Assembly: GCA_000934665.2 (NCBI GenBank)
Contig: KZ538143.1
Coordinates: 62,001-116,160 of the forward strand
Reading direction: 5' to 3'
Source of the DNA: Catajapyx aquilonaris
Taxonomy: Eukaryota
DNA: 54,160 bases
The translations under genes were made by a program, and so were the position numbers. The notes beneath the pieces were generated by a model. That model worked only from the letters and a program-made list of their open reading frames with translations. It had not been told where the DNA came from and did no database searches. This document shows positions 13,578 through 26,389 of the stretch, piece after piece. The stretch's first letter is position 1, and the number at the start of each line of letters is the position of its first letter.

Positions 13578-16189
13578 ATACAGGAGCTTACAATTAATGG
13601 CCGAGATGCAGTGATGAAACCATATAACTTATTCAGAGGCCAGGGGGCAGCTTGTAGCTGTTCATTAGTGCGAACCTCTCATTGTAGCTATAGATGCAAT
13701 CCACACCGCCCATCCCACTTGATGGCATAAATTGAAAGTACCTGAACACTGATAAAGAACCTGATTAATATGGTGTGTTATGTCAATCAGTGTGTAGGCC
13801 TACATTATTTTCTATTCATCGCCGATTATTTTACAGAAACATTTTGTGATAGCAACATAACTATTGTAGCTACAGTTAGCATAATTATACTAACGTCTAC
13901 ACAACAGCATACTATATGGTTCAAATGTTTGGACGGCCTCCCAAGACTCCCGGAGGCCACACGTGTCAAATGAATGTACTTTCATTAGAAATGGTATACT
14001 TTAATATGTACCCTACTAATTGTATACAAAAGTGTTATGTTTGCATTGGGGAGGCTGGAATCTCCGCACTGCACTGTGGACCCGCTGATTACTGCCGCTG
14101 AAAACGACTCTCCCTCCCTCATAATAACCAGCGCACTATTTGCTCACATACGCAAAATATTTGTCATCATAACTGACATCATACACGCTGCCGAATCAAA
14201 ACAAAATCCTGCCTATAGCTGCTGCATGGGTCCACAACAGAGACGAGATATCCGACCGTCCTATCTACTAGTTTCACAAACACGTGACCTCACAAGAAAG
14301 CGGCTTATTTTTCAATAATAACCCCCTGTCCCTTCATATCAGCAGGCAACTGCTCTGCTGGGCCCCTAAGTAGTACCGCGTGTCGTCCACTGAATACCGA
14401 GCATCGCAATCTCTCCAGCCAGATAACGCCTTTATTGATGTGTCCGCATTATTTCCTCCACTGTGAAACCCCCGCGTTGTTATCCACCCTTCGCCTACCA
14501 ACACCTACAGGCAAAAAAAGTACCAGCAGGATGGAAAATGCAGATAATATAGTGTTGCAGTTTCAAATCGTAATCGTGGATACCCGACAGACATTTTTGT
14601 TAAAACGTGGACACAAATGGCTATCCGGGAATTTTTTCGCAGCATGGTTAACTGAAAAATATTCCATGGGCGTGGGTTCCGGCAGTGTCCGCTGGATTAC
14701 ACGTATAATCAAACGCAGTCAGCCACGTACCTAAACAACGCATGATCGCCTGCGACTCTTTGTCCATTGCCAATTACTCTCTTCGGGGAACACCTATGGT
14801 GCGGAACCAATGTCCCGTCCGCGCTTATACCACTGTCCCCGCGTGCCCATAGTTTTAAAGAGATGGGGAGAGAGATATTTTTAGTGCTATATAACTGTGA
14901 GTAAAAATTGCACCCGCATTCACATCCTACATCAATGCACATAATGTGGACTGCAGAGCCCTTTTAATGTACCGGGTTACCGTGTCCCGGAGCACATATT
15001 AAAAAGTAGACCGTCAGGGATTTTGTACAGATTAATGCACTTAAGCTGAGTGCCTCTATGATATTTTTCAAAAGCCACCGATCAATTATGAGGTGGTGTA
15101 TAACTCTATAGATATGCGTTTCATGTTTGTAGTTATGGGGTGTTTTGTAAAAATAATTGCGGTACACACCAGTTGATGACGTTTGAGTTGTGGTTTCACA
15201 GTCAGCCCAAACCCATTTTACGTCACAAAGTGGTTGATACCAGTTAACTTCTGTTACACCCAGTGTACTGTACAGTGAAATTGCCTGAGGTAATACAAAT
15301 AAATATAACATGCTGACGTTATCACTGAAAAGTTGGTATAATCCTACAGTTGGCTTTTTAACAACCGGTGTATATTATTCTCACAGCACTCTTAACATAA
15401 CCTAGGCGGCTCGGGTACTGGCTCATTAAAATGTGGAGCTAGCAACAGTGCCCGCTGCTGCTAGGAGTAACGATTATAAAACCACTAGAACGTTTTGCAT
15501 GGTGGAAGAGGCGTATCGAGTGGGGGGGACATTAGGGCATTCCAACGAACAGCGTTGCCGATACTTGAACCATTACTTTGTGGTGGAAATTCTTCGATTA
15601 TGATGCAAACACCTGTCGCGGACCAGGCCTTGTCGATATTGCAATTTTATATCCTAACCCTCCAGCTCTCATGCCCGCAACTGCTCTACCCATATACTCT
15701 CTAACTACATGCCGAAGCAATAAAAATATCTATCGCACATCAAAAGGATCAAAAAGGCCGCAAAAGGGGTCTATCTAAATTCCACCTTGGAAAAGGCGGC
15801 ATACCGGAGATGAACACAATGGAGGAGCAGCTTGCGTATGTATAGAACTATTGCGGTTTTGGGTTTTAAAAAACCGCAACATTTTACCTATGGAAATTTC
15901 GCGTAGTTTGAGGTCAGCTCATATATGAGACAGGTCGGTTTTAATTATTTACTACCTTTTATTAATATTACGTACAGGTTGCAACGAGCTAGATTGCACA
16001 AACTGAAAAATAATTACTATTCCCCTGCAACCATGTTCGAATCACCATGCAAATTTCCTATTTTTTTGTGAACTCCCATACAGGTAGCACATTTACACAT
16101 AAAAGCAAGTTCTGACCAGTTAATAAACGCCCGGTAAAAATAGACACAACAGCATCACATCATCCGTTATAAATTTGTCCACATTACCT

Positions 16190-16340
16190 AACATCCCCAT
16201 GGACGTTTTCCATGCATATGGAGAAGCGATTTACAGCAGTCACGCCCGAAGCAAAAATTGTTCCCGCTCATTTGAACCCACCACTCTCGCACATATAACA
16301 AGCCCATATTGAAAAAAAAAAAATCTAGGGTAAAAAAAAT
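16190..16340 (+). pseudogene. possible Mononegavirales L-protein N-terminus fragment (island may extend to about 17000)
   Basis: AACATCCCC-ATG at 16190-16201. After a frameshift the frame reads EAKIVPAHLNPPL (cf. the HL[DN]SP[IL] motif near the N-terminus of mononegaviral L). Confidence 0.35.
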
Positions 16341-16813
16341 AGTACTCTTCTAATCCAACCATCCGTACACACGTTCATTCTGTCATAGTGGGCACAGGTG
16401 TATGCAAAACGCGCTTGTTGACCCATTTTGTACGCCTTGCACTTTTACTGTAGAGCCCCAGAGTTTGGGGAGGGTTGGTATGACATGGCGGAGGATATCG
16501 ATTAGGACATTTTCGCCGTTATAAATCCATGAGCCCTGCTGTCATTTTTCAGGCACGGCCGTATCAGGAAGGGGAATCTCCAGCAATACAGAAATGGCCG
16601 ACGTGAGGAGAATCGGCATTCTTTTCTAACCCGAGTCTTTCATGACGGCCACGTTCTTGGCCCAGGCACGCAAAAAGGCTCAGCTTACCACCTTAGAGAA
16701 GACGGGGAAAGAACATAGAAAAAAAATGAGGAGAAAGAAAAAAAAAGAACTAGTTTTACTTTCCCTTTCTGTTTGCACACTTTCGAAAACGTGAGTTCCA
16801 TACAAAAAGTGTA

Positions 16814-16897
16814 GGCAGCCATCTTGATTGCGCCACAAAGTCGGCCATCTTGAGCCACAATGTCAGCCATTTTGCCAAAGTTGGCGTCGGCCATTTC
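16814..16897. promoter_or_regulatory. cluster of four GCCAT(C/T)TT-type YY1/Pleiohomeotic-like motifs
   Basis: GCCATCTTG at 16818 and 16844, GCCATTTTG at 16866 and GCCATTTC at 16890, spaced 22-26 bp apart. Confidence 0.4.
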
Positions 16898-17199
16898 GGA
16901 GGGCCCTTATCGCAAATGCTTGGAGGCAAGAAGGAAAACGAGAGAAGGTATCTCATTTAATTAGACGCGTTTTGGGGGAAGAACTGCTCGTATGGATCCC
17001 CCACTCCTGAGTGGGCTGTAACTTTTATCTTTACAGGAGAGAGAAAGGAAGAACTACTCTCTACTGTGAAGTATAACTTTATTGATCATTGAATTTATCC
17101 CCTCATAATATAAAAAGCTTATCGATCAATGTGGGCGGAATGGGGAAGAAGAAACATCTGGAGATGATGCTGATGCACTGCAACAAATGACCTGTGGTT

Positions 17200-17560
17200 C
17201 AGTAACATATCGTCTTTAATTTTATTGATCATAAAGCTATGTGCCAAGCTGCCTTTCTTCCTTTGCTGTCATTTTTCTTAATGGTAAGGAAGAAGGCAGT
17301 CGCTTCTTTGGCACTGGGATAAAGTATAAATGGGCAAGAAGGAAATCGACGAATGACCTCTCCCTTCTCCATCATCCTCAACTGGCGGCTGGTCAATGCC
17401 CAAAATGCCATATCTCTCTTGCACAAGAACAGGAACCATTTCTGAAAGGGGTCAGTTCGCTGAGCGACTTGCTGAGGAAACCCATTGAATATTTTTTCTA
17501 CACTTGTCATTTTCAGAGTGAAAAATCGCCTTTCATCTCGAGTTTTTGGACCTGCCCTAA
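17200..17560 (-). other. unassigned decayed coding-like island
   Basis: Open frames on both strands (93 aa minus, 111 aa plus) with composition like the neighbouring virus-like islands; no confident homology. Confidence 0.2.
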
Positions 17561-18064
17561 CCGGAATAGAGTGTAGGTTGCACCAGAGTATAACCTACAC
17601 ACTGAAAAATTTAGGGTGTTGATTTGCCGCTAATTTGCTATACCGGGTCACCGAGGACGGGATGTTCTGGTGTAGCTAATAATTTACAGCTGCATGAGTG
17701 CCTAACTGCAGCCTCGAAAGGGTGTCAGGAAGCACAAAAATTAAAAAGTAATAGTTTTGTGGGACCGGATGAACCCTGTTGAAGGGAAATAGTTCCACAA
17801 TTGTGCCTGATGGGCTTCTCCAGGTAATCGACAACCGGTGCTTTCATAGTTCATATAAGGCTATAGTATGGCAGCAAAAAAATTGATTCTGAGGTTATTG
17901 ACTTCTTGTAATAAAAAATAGCATATCCCAATATTGAAGGGCTTCCTACATATCATTTCTTACATGTCTGGTCCTGATATCGTGGGAACAGGTAAACTCC
18001 CATTTCCAAACACCCACCTTTGATGAGGTATAAAAAATATGTAATGAGAGAATGACGTCGCCAT

Positions 18065-18480
18065 GACGCTATCGTGACGGAACTAGAAGGTGCACCCCCC
18101 TTTTATAAAATGATCGATTGGGCCTTGGGGGGTGGTAGGGTGGAGAAGAGGAGGAGTCTCGACATCTCTTTTCCTCTCTTGTGTGACCTCGTGGAAAAGA
18201 GCCAGAGTGGGACACTCGTAGGATTCCCAGCCTCATTACATATACGGACAAATAGTCACTTTTCTAAGCAGTTCTTCTGCCCGTCCCTTTTTCTTCTGCA
18301 GAGATCGGTTTTTTTTTCTTCTTTTGATGCCTTTTCCTCAGGCACATCCTAAAAGTTTCGTCTACAGTTTTTTTTTCCATGTCTCGCTTCGACTCAAACT
18401 GCGAATTTCGTCGGTGAACTTTATGGAAGGGGGTTTTGTGAGACAAAGATCTCCAAATGGGATTTCGTGCATGCATGGAA
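18065..18480 (-). pseudogene. decayed virus-like ORF, possibly orthomyxovirus PA-like
   Basis: The minus frame gives HEIPFGDLCLTKPPSIKFTDEIRSLS ... EELLRKVTICPYM**GWESYECPTLALFHEVTQERKRDVE. This loosely parallels influenza PA [22 protein letters not shown] ... FFGWKEP ... LLSWKQVLAELQDIE. Confidence 0.25.
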
Positions 18481-20064
18481 CTGTACTGAAAGTATAACGA
18501 AAAGGGTAAATAAGGACTGGGCCCGGCAGGAACGAGGTAATTATTATGTCTAGTGCTACGGCCAGAAATTTCGTTTCAAGCTTGGAAGGAAGGTATATAG
18601 ACTGACATATGCCCGGCGCAGTGTGACGACGTGTTTTAAGAGGTGCAGTGATTTAGGATGTGATGGATTTATGTGATAGGGATGAGCCTATCATTTCTGA
18701 AGTTAATTACTCATCATTATTTGGTCGTAAAGTGTGGAAAGATTGAACCAAACGATCATTTCTGGCTGAAGAGGCACATTTTGTCGATGTATTTTTAAAA
18801 GGGATTCACGCCTGGGCAATTATCATAATATTGCTTGTGTTACAATTTTACAGTGTTACAGTACATGTATTATTGTACAATATTGGGTGATTGACCGTGT
18901 TGGCCTATAGCACTTTTCTGTAATTTTTCCACGTGACTGGTTCTGTACGCTGTACTGTAAGTACAAGGAACACCTGCCTTACAAAGGAGTCTGGAAAAAT
19001 ATGCGTCTGAGCTATTTTGGACTCATATATGCAGAAATCTGACATAAACTACAGTATGCCATGTTCATCACAATGCCTCTCAATAGGTGCACCTATACAC
19101 TATAAAGCGCAGAATGCGCTGAAAACATTTCAGTACGGTGGATTTATCACATTTCTTCTATACATTAGGTACAGGCTGCAAGGCTTGCGGCTATGTCAAG
19201 TCGAGTACAACTTATTGTGACATATAGGTATGATTTGCTGTAAAAAAAACTTGCTTAAAAAGCAATTTGAATATTGGAAACGACATCGGAAACGACGTGA
19301 CGTCAACAACAACAATGGACTTTAAAGGGAGATCGGCCAATATATGTGAGTTTGAGAACTGATCAAAATAGTTATTTTTCAACAGAAAAATCCATACTTT
19401 AGACGTGTTTATATTATTTTCATGGCCTCGTGTTCACCGGAGCACAAATGATTAATGATTTTATTCTAATAATTGAAATGTGAATGTGTGCATTTTTCAC
19501 ACATAGCTACAGGCATTATCTAAACTCTAAAGAAATGCAACCCATCGCATAATATAGCATAATATATAGGACACACCAGGACATGCTCATTATTTATGCA
19601 TAAGAAAGTTTACAAAATCCTGAATAATAATCATACCGTTCTGTAATTCCTGTGCATACCTGTGTGCTGTACAGTACCGGCTGGATGTTACCGCAGTTCT
19701 CGCCGCAGTTTCCATCAGAGGAACCCCATGGTACGGTTGTTCGCTATAGAGATTTCATCCATTGGGCAATCAGGGTGGCGCCTGTTGTATACACACCGCC
19801 AGTCCTACCGTTTCATTTTAATTAACTAATTAATTAATTAACTGTGAGGTAGGCGCGAATTTGAACAGGCTCGAGTTAAAATTCGTCTGATCATTTTCTT
19901 GATTCCCATATCAAAGCACATCCATATGTCAAACCCATAAGTCTACCAATCATAAAAATATAATTATGGTTTACGAGTCTGCGAGTTACTTCGTGTGGTT
20001 TGAATTTGAATGTTTAAGTTCTTTAAACCATTAAAATAATTATTATGTGGAAATACTTGTTAAA

Positions 20065-20450
20065 AGGTAATTTCTGGAGCTATCTCCAACCGAGGTGGTT
20101 TTTAGCCAGTAGCAATCGGTCTTTCAAGATGAGACGTGCCTCCCGATTGGAGGGTAGGAGTTGAACCCGCAAGTTGTAGTTGAGGTGAGCTCCCACAGGG
20201 TGAGTAAAGTATAAAGAGAAGGTTCACCGGGCCGTTTCCCTCATTAGAAGGCAGCCCCGATCAATCAAGCTAAGGGTGGAAAACTCGACCCAACTTTGCA
20301 GGGGGTGGGCAAAGCGCATTTACAGCTCCGAGGGAAGCGAAAAGGAAAGTCAAAAACAGTTCCCTCTATCTTGCTTGCTGCAGTATTGGGGGGAGACGTA
20401 ACGGAAGTAATGAGTTACTGCTGTTGGGGAGAACTTTCAAGGATGGAAAC
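20065..20450 (-). pseudogene. decayed rhabdovirus-like G fragment, candidate EVE
   Basis: The minus frame gives LWELTSTTTCGFNSY (cf. WVTTCDFRWY) and TDCYWLKTTSV (cf. the CxW motif after the fusion-loop region). Confidence 0.4.
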
Positions 20451-21649
20451 CTTACCTATCAAAGTTATATAAAGCAGCCTTTGATATATATAAAAAAAGT
20501 TTGCCATCCAGCAACTAAAGTCATTTACTTAATTATCTTGCAGTGGGAATTTGCCCAAGTGACATAGTTTGTCGTAGCTGCATGGTATTTCCATTTCGAC
20601 AATATGAAACGCGGATTTTAGGTCAAACATTTTATCTCACAATAAATATAACTACTGCATTGCACATATAACAGCCTATTGTGTGACAAAATCTCACACA
20701 GGAGTAGTTAGCTTACCCCTGAACTGAAGGCAATAAGTACGCCAAGAGAGGTGCATATGTTATCTATCTTCCAGGAAGAGTTCGGAGCCATTAATTTACA
20801 TCAGCCTGGCAGAGGTGCGGCTTTACCCGGATGCCTTACGTGCTTCCGCCCTGAAACCTTGTTTCCACTCTCTTTGTCAAATTATAAAAAAAGAAGAGAC
20901 AATGAATTGTCCAGTGCACTTTGGCTGATCATCGGTAAACCACCGCACCGGTGGGGGTCACAGTAAGGATATACACTGTCCTTTTCCCTCCGAATCAGTA
21001 ATGCAGTAGCTTTACATACCTCTAATTAATGTTTAATAACCTCTAATTGATGTATAAATACTGCAGTATCAGTAATGTGCTATCAGGTTCTGTAATACCC
21101 TATGTGGCAGTATCTTTGCACAGCACAGAATTACCTCTCGTCACCTTATTTCTAATTACTAAGAATAATTTATTCATGGCTTAATTACAAGATACCTACC
21201 GCCTCGCAAAAGTTAAAATTCGCAAGTAATTTTTCGGCACTTGCTCAGAATCTAGCCTTACAGTGCTGGTCCAAAAGCTCAACCTAAATCGCTAAATGGC
21301 ATTTCAATTTTTATATCGGATCATTCCTCAGATAACCCACATTTCGGTCATGCCCAGGTGACCCCTCAGAACACAGTAATGGTCAGTAATAAAGAAAAAG
21401 CGTTCGCATCTCCCCGAGGCGAGATGCCGATAGCAGCTTACTTTACGAGTCACTCTCCTTTTCTCTTTGTCTACAGCACACTTTCGCATTGAATTACGTT
21501 CCTCTAAACCGCAACTGTGATTCCACCTAACACGGAAACCTCATCAAAAATATACGAGGCACTGTAGAGTTATAAAGTAGATAGCCAACCTTCATGTTTA
21601 ATTCTGCTGGCACATTATTTCCTTACATGCAGTTACTGGAAAAATAAAA

Positions 21650-21900
21650 GACAACAGCAAAAAATATATATATATTCTGGCGGGTGCTGTTGACAGCAAC
21701 AAATTCTTTTCTTTGAAACATTAATGAGATGGGAGGGAGGATTTTTGTCAACAAGGAGTCCATGCGAACCGGAATGTTTTTCGTTGGTTCAGACGTATTA
21801 TACGAATCTTGCAAAATGGGAGACGTTCTCCTCCGTGACATGATGGCATTATGGGTGGAGCAATCGCATTTGCATTTTGTGGTTGGGGAAACTAAACCGA
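21650..21900 (-). pseudogene. possible Mononegavirales L N-terminus fragment
   Basis: ORF 21623-21841 begins MSRRRTSPILQDSYNTSEPTKNIPVRMDSLLTK (cf. Px[RH]LDSPL about 25 aa after the start Met). Confidence 0.3.
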
Positions 21901-22189
21901 ATTTTCATCTAGGAACAAAAGTTTACCACGCAGCTTGGCATCAGTATAGGCTGTGTATGGAACAAACGCGTGTGTTATTTTCCCTGCGCTCTATTTATGC
22001 AGATCTGTACATCCCAGGCACCTTCTAATTATACATATTGTTATCATGTTGCCCACTCAGTGAAAATGAAAAATATGCCCGTAGTAGTTGTTAAATTCGC
22101 CTTGTTCATATGTGTGCATATATAGGTGCTTATTGTTCCGAAGAAAAGCAGTAAAATCCAAATGAAAGCGAATATGGGCTGAGCTAAAA

Positions 22190-22620
22190 CCTCTCTCTAG
22201 GGTGGAAGAAAAAGCTTTTCCTTCCAGCTTTTTATTTACGTTTTGCGACCTTTTCTCTCCATTTTTCATCAGGCCGTATATATTCCCCTTGGCAACTCGC
22301 AACCTTGCTACCAGTATAAATGCCAGCAAATGACCACAGCTAAAATGTCACCTTGGCTCCTTTTGAGGTCAACCTTTTCTGAAAATCCTACCTTGAAAAA
22401 CACTCACCTCATTCTAGTCCACTCGCTTTCATTTTTATTCTACAGACGTACAAATAAAAGCTTCCTAACACATTTTTGTTCGACATTTCAGGGGCCCGGG
22501 TCTTCTTCTGGAGGTCAAGATGATACCACTCGAACGGTGACTGACCGATCAAGAATAACATCGATTGAAGGTACAGTATCCTACTCGAAGTGACCTGGAT
22601 TACCCCTTTGAAAAAAAGGC
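22190..22620 (-). pseudogene. decayed rhabdovirus-like nucleoprotein N (N-terminal) fragment
   Basis: The minus frame with stops gives VILDRSVTVRVVSS*PPEEDP (cf. VSV N IIDNTVVVPKLPANEDP) ... MR*VFFKVGFSEKVDL...ICWHLY (cf. LRGYVYQGLKSGNVS...NSYLY). Confidence 0.35.
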
Positions 22621-23814
22621 ACTTACTAAACGAGCTGTAAAATTTCAATGTTTGTCTAGAAGGACACGGAAAGTAATTCCCCATCATTTTGTGAGCCGCA
22701 ATGATGATTCGGATGGCTGTAATAGTCAGCTTTTGTGAGCACCTAGTCCTAGTCCATCATTGGGCTAATAGCTGCTGATGGAAGTTAGTGATTCCCACAC
22801 AAACCCTGCCCGCCCAGTTCTACCTAATTGCTCAATTTATCATAGGTGAACTTTAGGGGGGAAAGGTAATCCTATATATAGGTAGGGGGGTAGTTGAAGG
22901 ATTATTCCTGAATCTGACCTCTGGCCATCTGCGTCTGTCGTATCTCTGAATGGGCATTAAATCCAAATGCACAGATGGTGATTATTCCTACTGTATTTAT
23001 AGCCTCGTCGTTTGTGTCATCCGTCATCGGTTTTATCACATAAAGGCTTCCGTTTCGCGCTAATGAAATTAGCAAGCCCTGCCCTACTTTTCGGTGCTAA
23101 TAGTACACTTCCTTATTACTAACATTTCCTCAATTACATTCCACATAGGCGGAATGTTATAGCTAACGTATTTATTAGGATCATCATCATAACTTCCTTG
23201 TCTTCCAAAATAATCCATGTACTGGTTGACTATGCCGAATTAATGAATTGCACACTAGCCTATACAAAGTCAGACTGCACTTTTCGTTTTTACAAGTGAT
23301 GCGTTGAAATGGAAAATTATTCTGAATTCTAAGTAATTTTATTCATATGGCGTAGATTTATTTGCATGCACTTGTAGGCCTATACACAGTATTAGAGTTT
23401 TCAGTGTTGCATTTTATAATACTGTACTCGGGACGTTGCACCATTCACCAATTTTATCGACGAAAATTTTATAGTCGAGTTGTAAAGGTTTTTTAAAATT
23501 CGAACCGCTCAAATTTTAAAAAAAAAACCTAATAATTTACATGTAATTACATGTGAGTTGCATATGATAAATGTTGCAAGATGTAAATTTTAATGCATTT
23601 CCAGTAATGAATATTGTTGAAGAATCATACGTATATATTTTCTCCCTCGAAAAATTAACCTAACTTAGGCAATTCTTCCGCGCACCTCATCAGTTATTTA
23701 ATACAATCTTAGCTTACTGCACCATACTGCTCAGTACGTACCATTTCAACCCCATGCAAAATTCGGTCAATACGCCCATTTGTAAGTCCCAACACTCTAA
23801 AGTGCTGTAACGAC

Positions 23815-24180
23815 TAGAAATGATTCTCAGCCGCTACCCCTGACTTCATCTCTTGAGGCGAGACATTCCGCATGCCTTTTCCCCTTAATTGAATGAAGCA
23901 GATTTTTTTTCTTCTTTTTTGTCTTTTGGCCGAATCAGGTGGAGGAATCGAGCGACATCGGCGCCATTCCCAGGCCTTATCGCCGTTGGGGGGTTCCAGA
24001 CACAACACAGATGCAATATTGATGTAGGAGGCTAGCCATGGGCCTTCTGCCTGCAGTTAGCCAGCCTTTTAGGAATTCAGGCTCGTTCTCTATGACACAC
24101 GCCAAGGCTGATGACTATTGACTAGGGAGGGACCGGTATCAAAGTGAGCTATTACTTATTTGGAGCTAGGATGGGTTGGA
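23815..24180 (-). other. unassigned decayed coding-like island (possibly viral N)
   Basis: GC-rich island with homopolymer runs. Fragments such as ENEPEFLKGWL and GADVARFLHLI appear in different frames. Confidence 0.2.
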
Positions 24181-24699
24181 GAAGAGTAGGCTAAAAGCGC
24201 CTTTGTCTTCTCCACACCGTAAATTCATCAGGCGCCAATTAAGCGCCGCCAGCCAAGGAATTCTGCCCAATAATCCCTTGAGCAGACTTGGAGCCTGGCG
24301 GTTGCGCCTAAGAATCGCTGATTACAATAACAAGGCGATTATTCTCCATCGCATTTCGCCAGGGAAACTTCACAGATGCGGGATACTTCGCATTCTGCAG
24401 TATTTTAGTGCGAGGTTTCAAATGGTGTTGGAGAAGATGTATCAGTGGACAACCCAAACTGATGCGGGCCCTGGTTTCCATTGGAAATCGAAGAGAAGTT
24501 AAACGTGCTTTTTAAAGAAACCGGACGAAATTTTGTAGAGCATGTGGAGAATAGTTACTTCAGTAATGCCAACTGTCGAAAGTGGCACCTGCCATAAACT
24601 TTCTCAGACATGAGACACTTTTCAGTATATGTAGATTAAGTGTGGCCTAAACGCAGCAGGTGCTGAGTTGTAACACATGTAATGTTTTCCAGCAACCAA

Positions 24700-25390
24700 A
24701 ACTGTTGAGAACCCTCATCCCCAGACCTTCCCACAGATTTATTAGTTGCACCACCTGACACAAAATTCCCAGTTCTGGAGCCAGAACTTCATTACTGGTC
24801 TCTCCCTGGGTGAAAATAAGGAAGCGGCCATGTTTTTCCCTCCCTCCCAACACTCCCGGACACCCCCCAGGGTTTGGCAACCTAAAAGCACGTTTTACCC
24901 AAAAGCAATTCTTTGCATCCACGAGGGGGAATGCTCTGGGGGGAAATCACAGCAGAAGAAGACGCAGGTTTGATTGGAGCTAGGTTGTGAGCCTTCCCAC
25001 CATTAGACGGTTAACCCCTCGGACGCTACCGGAATAGGTAACAAAGGACAGAGTTGCCAGGTGAGATGAAGGACCCTTTCTCGCCAACTATCAGCTGCTT
25101 CTGGCGTCGGCTTGAATTTTCATCTAGGCCCACCAACCTTACCCGTCTGCAAATTAAATCATCCTGGAAGGAAGGGCCGGAAAATGCTTTCGGGACAAAT
25201 GTGAGCGCTAACGTCCATTACGAGCCAACGTCTAGCCTCTGGCGCGTCGTCCGGACAAGAGAAAATGGCGGAGTCAGGTGAAGGAAAAGGAGCATGGGAT
25301 GAGAACCATTTCAGCTGCTGTCTACTTGCCATCACCAACCGCATCATGTTGGAACCTACAACCCTATATGCGGTTCAGAAAACTGAAAAA
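24700..25390 (+). pseudogene. decayed rhabdovirus-like glycoprotein G ectodomain, candidate EVE
   Basis: Ordered motifs across frameshifts: KFPVLEPELHYW, PKAILC, DPFSPTISCFW, GKCFRDKCE, H...SSLW and ASCWNLQP-ICG. These match the FP..W / GxxC / PxxPxxCxW / GKCxxxxC / ACxxxxCG order of rhabdovirus G. Confidence 0.6.
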
Positions 25391-26389
25391 ACCGAAAAAC
25401 AGTATCTAGCAATTTGTGTCTGCACCTACAATCTTTAAGACTCTCTGGGTGTGACACGAGTGAACCTTGCTTATGGGGTAAGGTTGGGGTTCAAATTGAA
25501 CTTGTAAGTTAGCTTGGCCGCAAAATGTCAAGTCTAGATGGCGGCCTAGAAGAAAACCACGCCTGCCGAGTGCAGCTAACGTCTAGCCACGAGAACTAAC
25601 GACATTTCATCCCCTAAGAGTCGTTTGCACGTATCAACATAAATTCTGCTGGCAAATCTCTTGGAATCGACCCTTCTTTTTTCACCCAAACTTTACTGCT
25701 GATAATGAACTTGCACTTTGCTCATAATGTGACAAAGGTGGTATTGCTGAAGTGCAGTGCACATTTTTGCATAATACTAAGAAATGCATGGGATGAAATA
25801 TGCATAGTTTCATACTGCGGTGTCGGTTATACATTTGCACACACCCAGGAGTGAACTGCAGAAAAGGATACATAAATCACAAGTCTGAAATTTATGCAGG
25901 GTTTCTTGTTTGCTTATGCATGTCCCTCCCTATATATAGAGTCCACTATACTGTATACTAAAGAGTGAATCAACTCTTATCGCCTTTTCCTTGCGGTCGA
26001 CTTTCCACGCAAGCATGGTATGTGAAAGGAGTGACAATTTCCAGGAGTCAGTCTGCACGTCATTCAAGGAATGTCAGACAAAAAGGCCCAGGCAGTTCTT
26101 GAAAAACAACACATCATTATTTCGTCCCCATTACATTGCACAAAGTCCTGGATCGAACACGTCTACTATTCTCCGCCGCTCCATCGATCGCATTCCGTGA
26201 AAAAGGGCTATATCGAATATTTACGGAAGTATTGACAACCCAATATAATGCACATCGTCTGTCAATTTATTGTCAATTCTACACCCCTAGAGTGACTATG
26301 TAGCATTTTTTTCTTCCATATACTTGGACACTCTCCAATATTTTGATATAACTTTCACTTCCAGCAAGTATTTTAAACACTGTTGATGT

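Noticed and set aside
16308..16323. ATTG(A)n as a rhabdovirus gene-end/polyadenylation signal
   Set aside because: It lies only about 110 bp after the putative start, and long A runs are ubiquitous in these islands, so it is not diagnostic.
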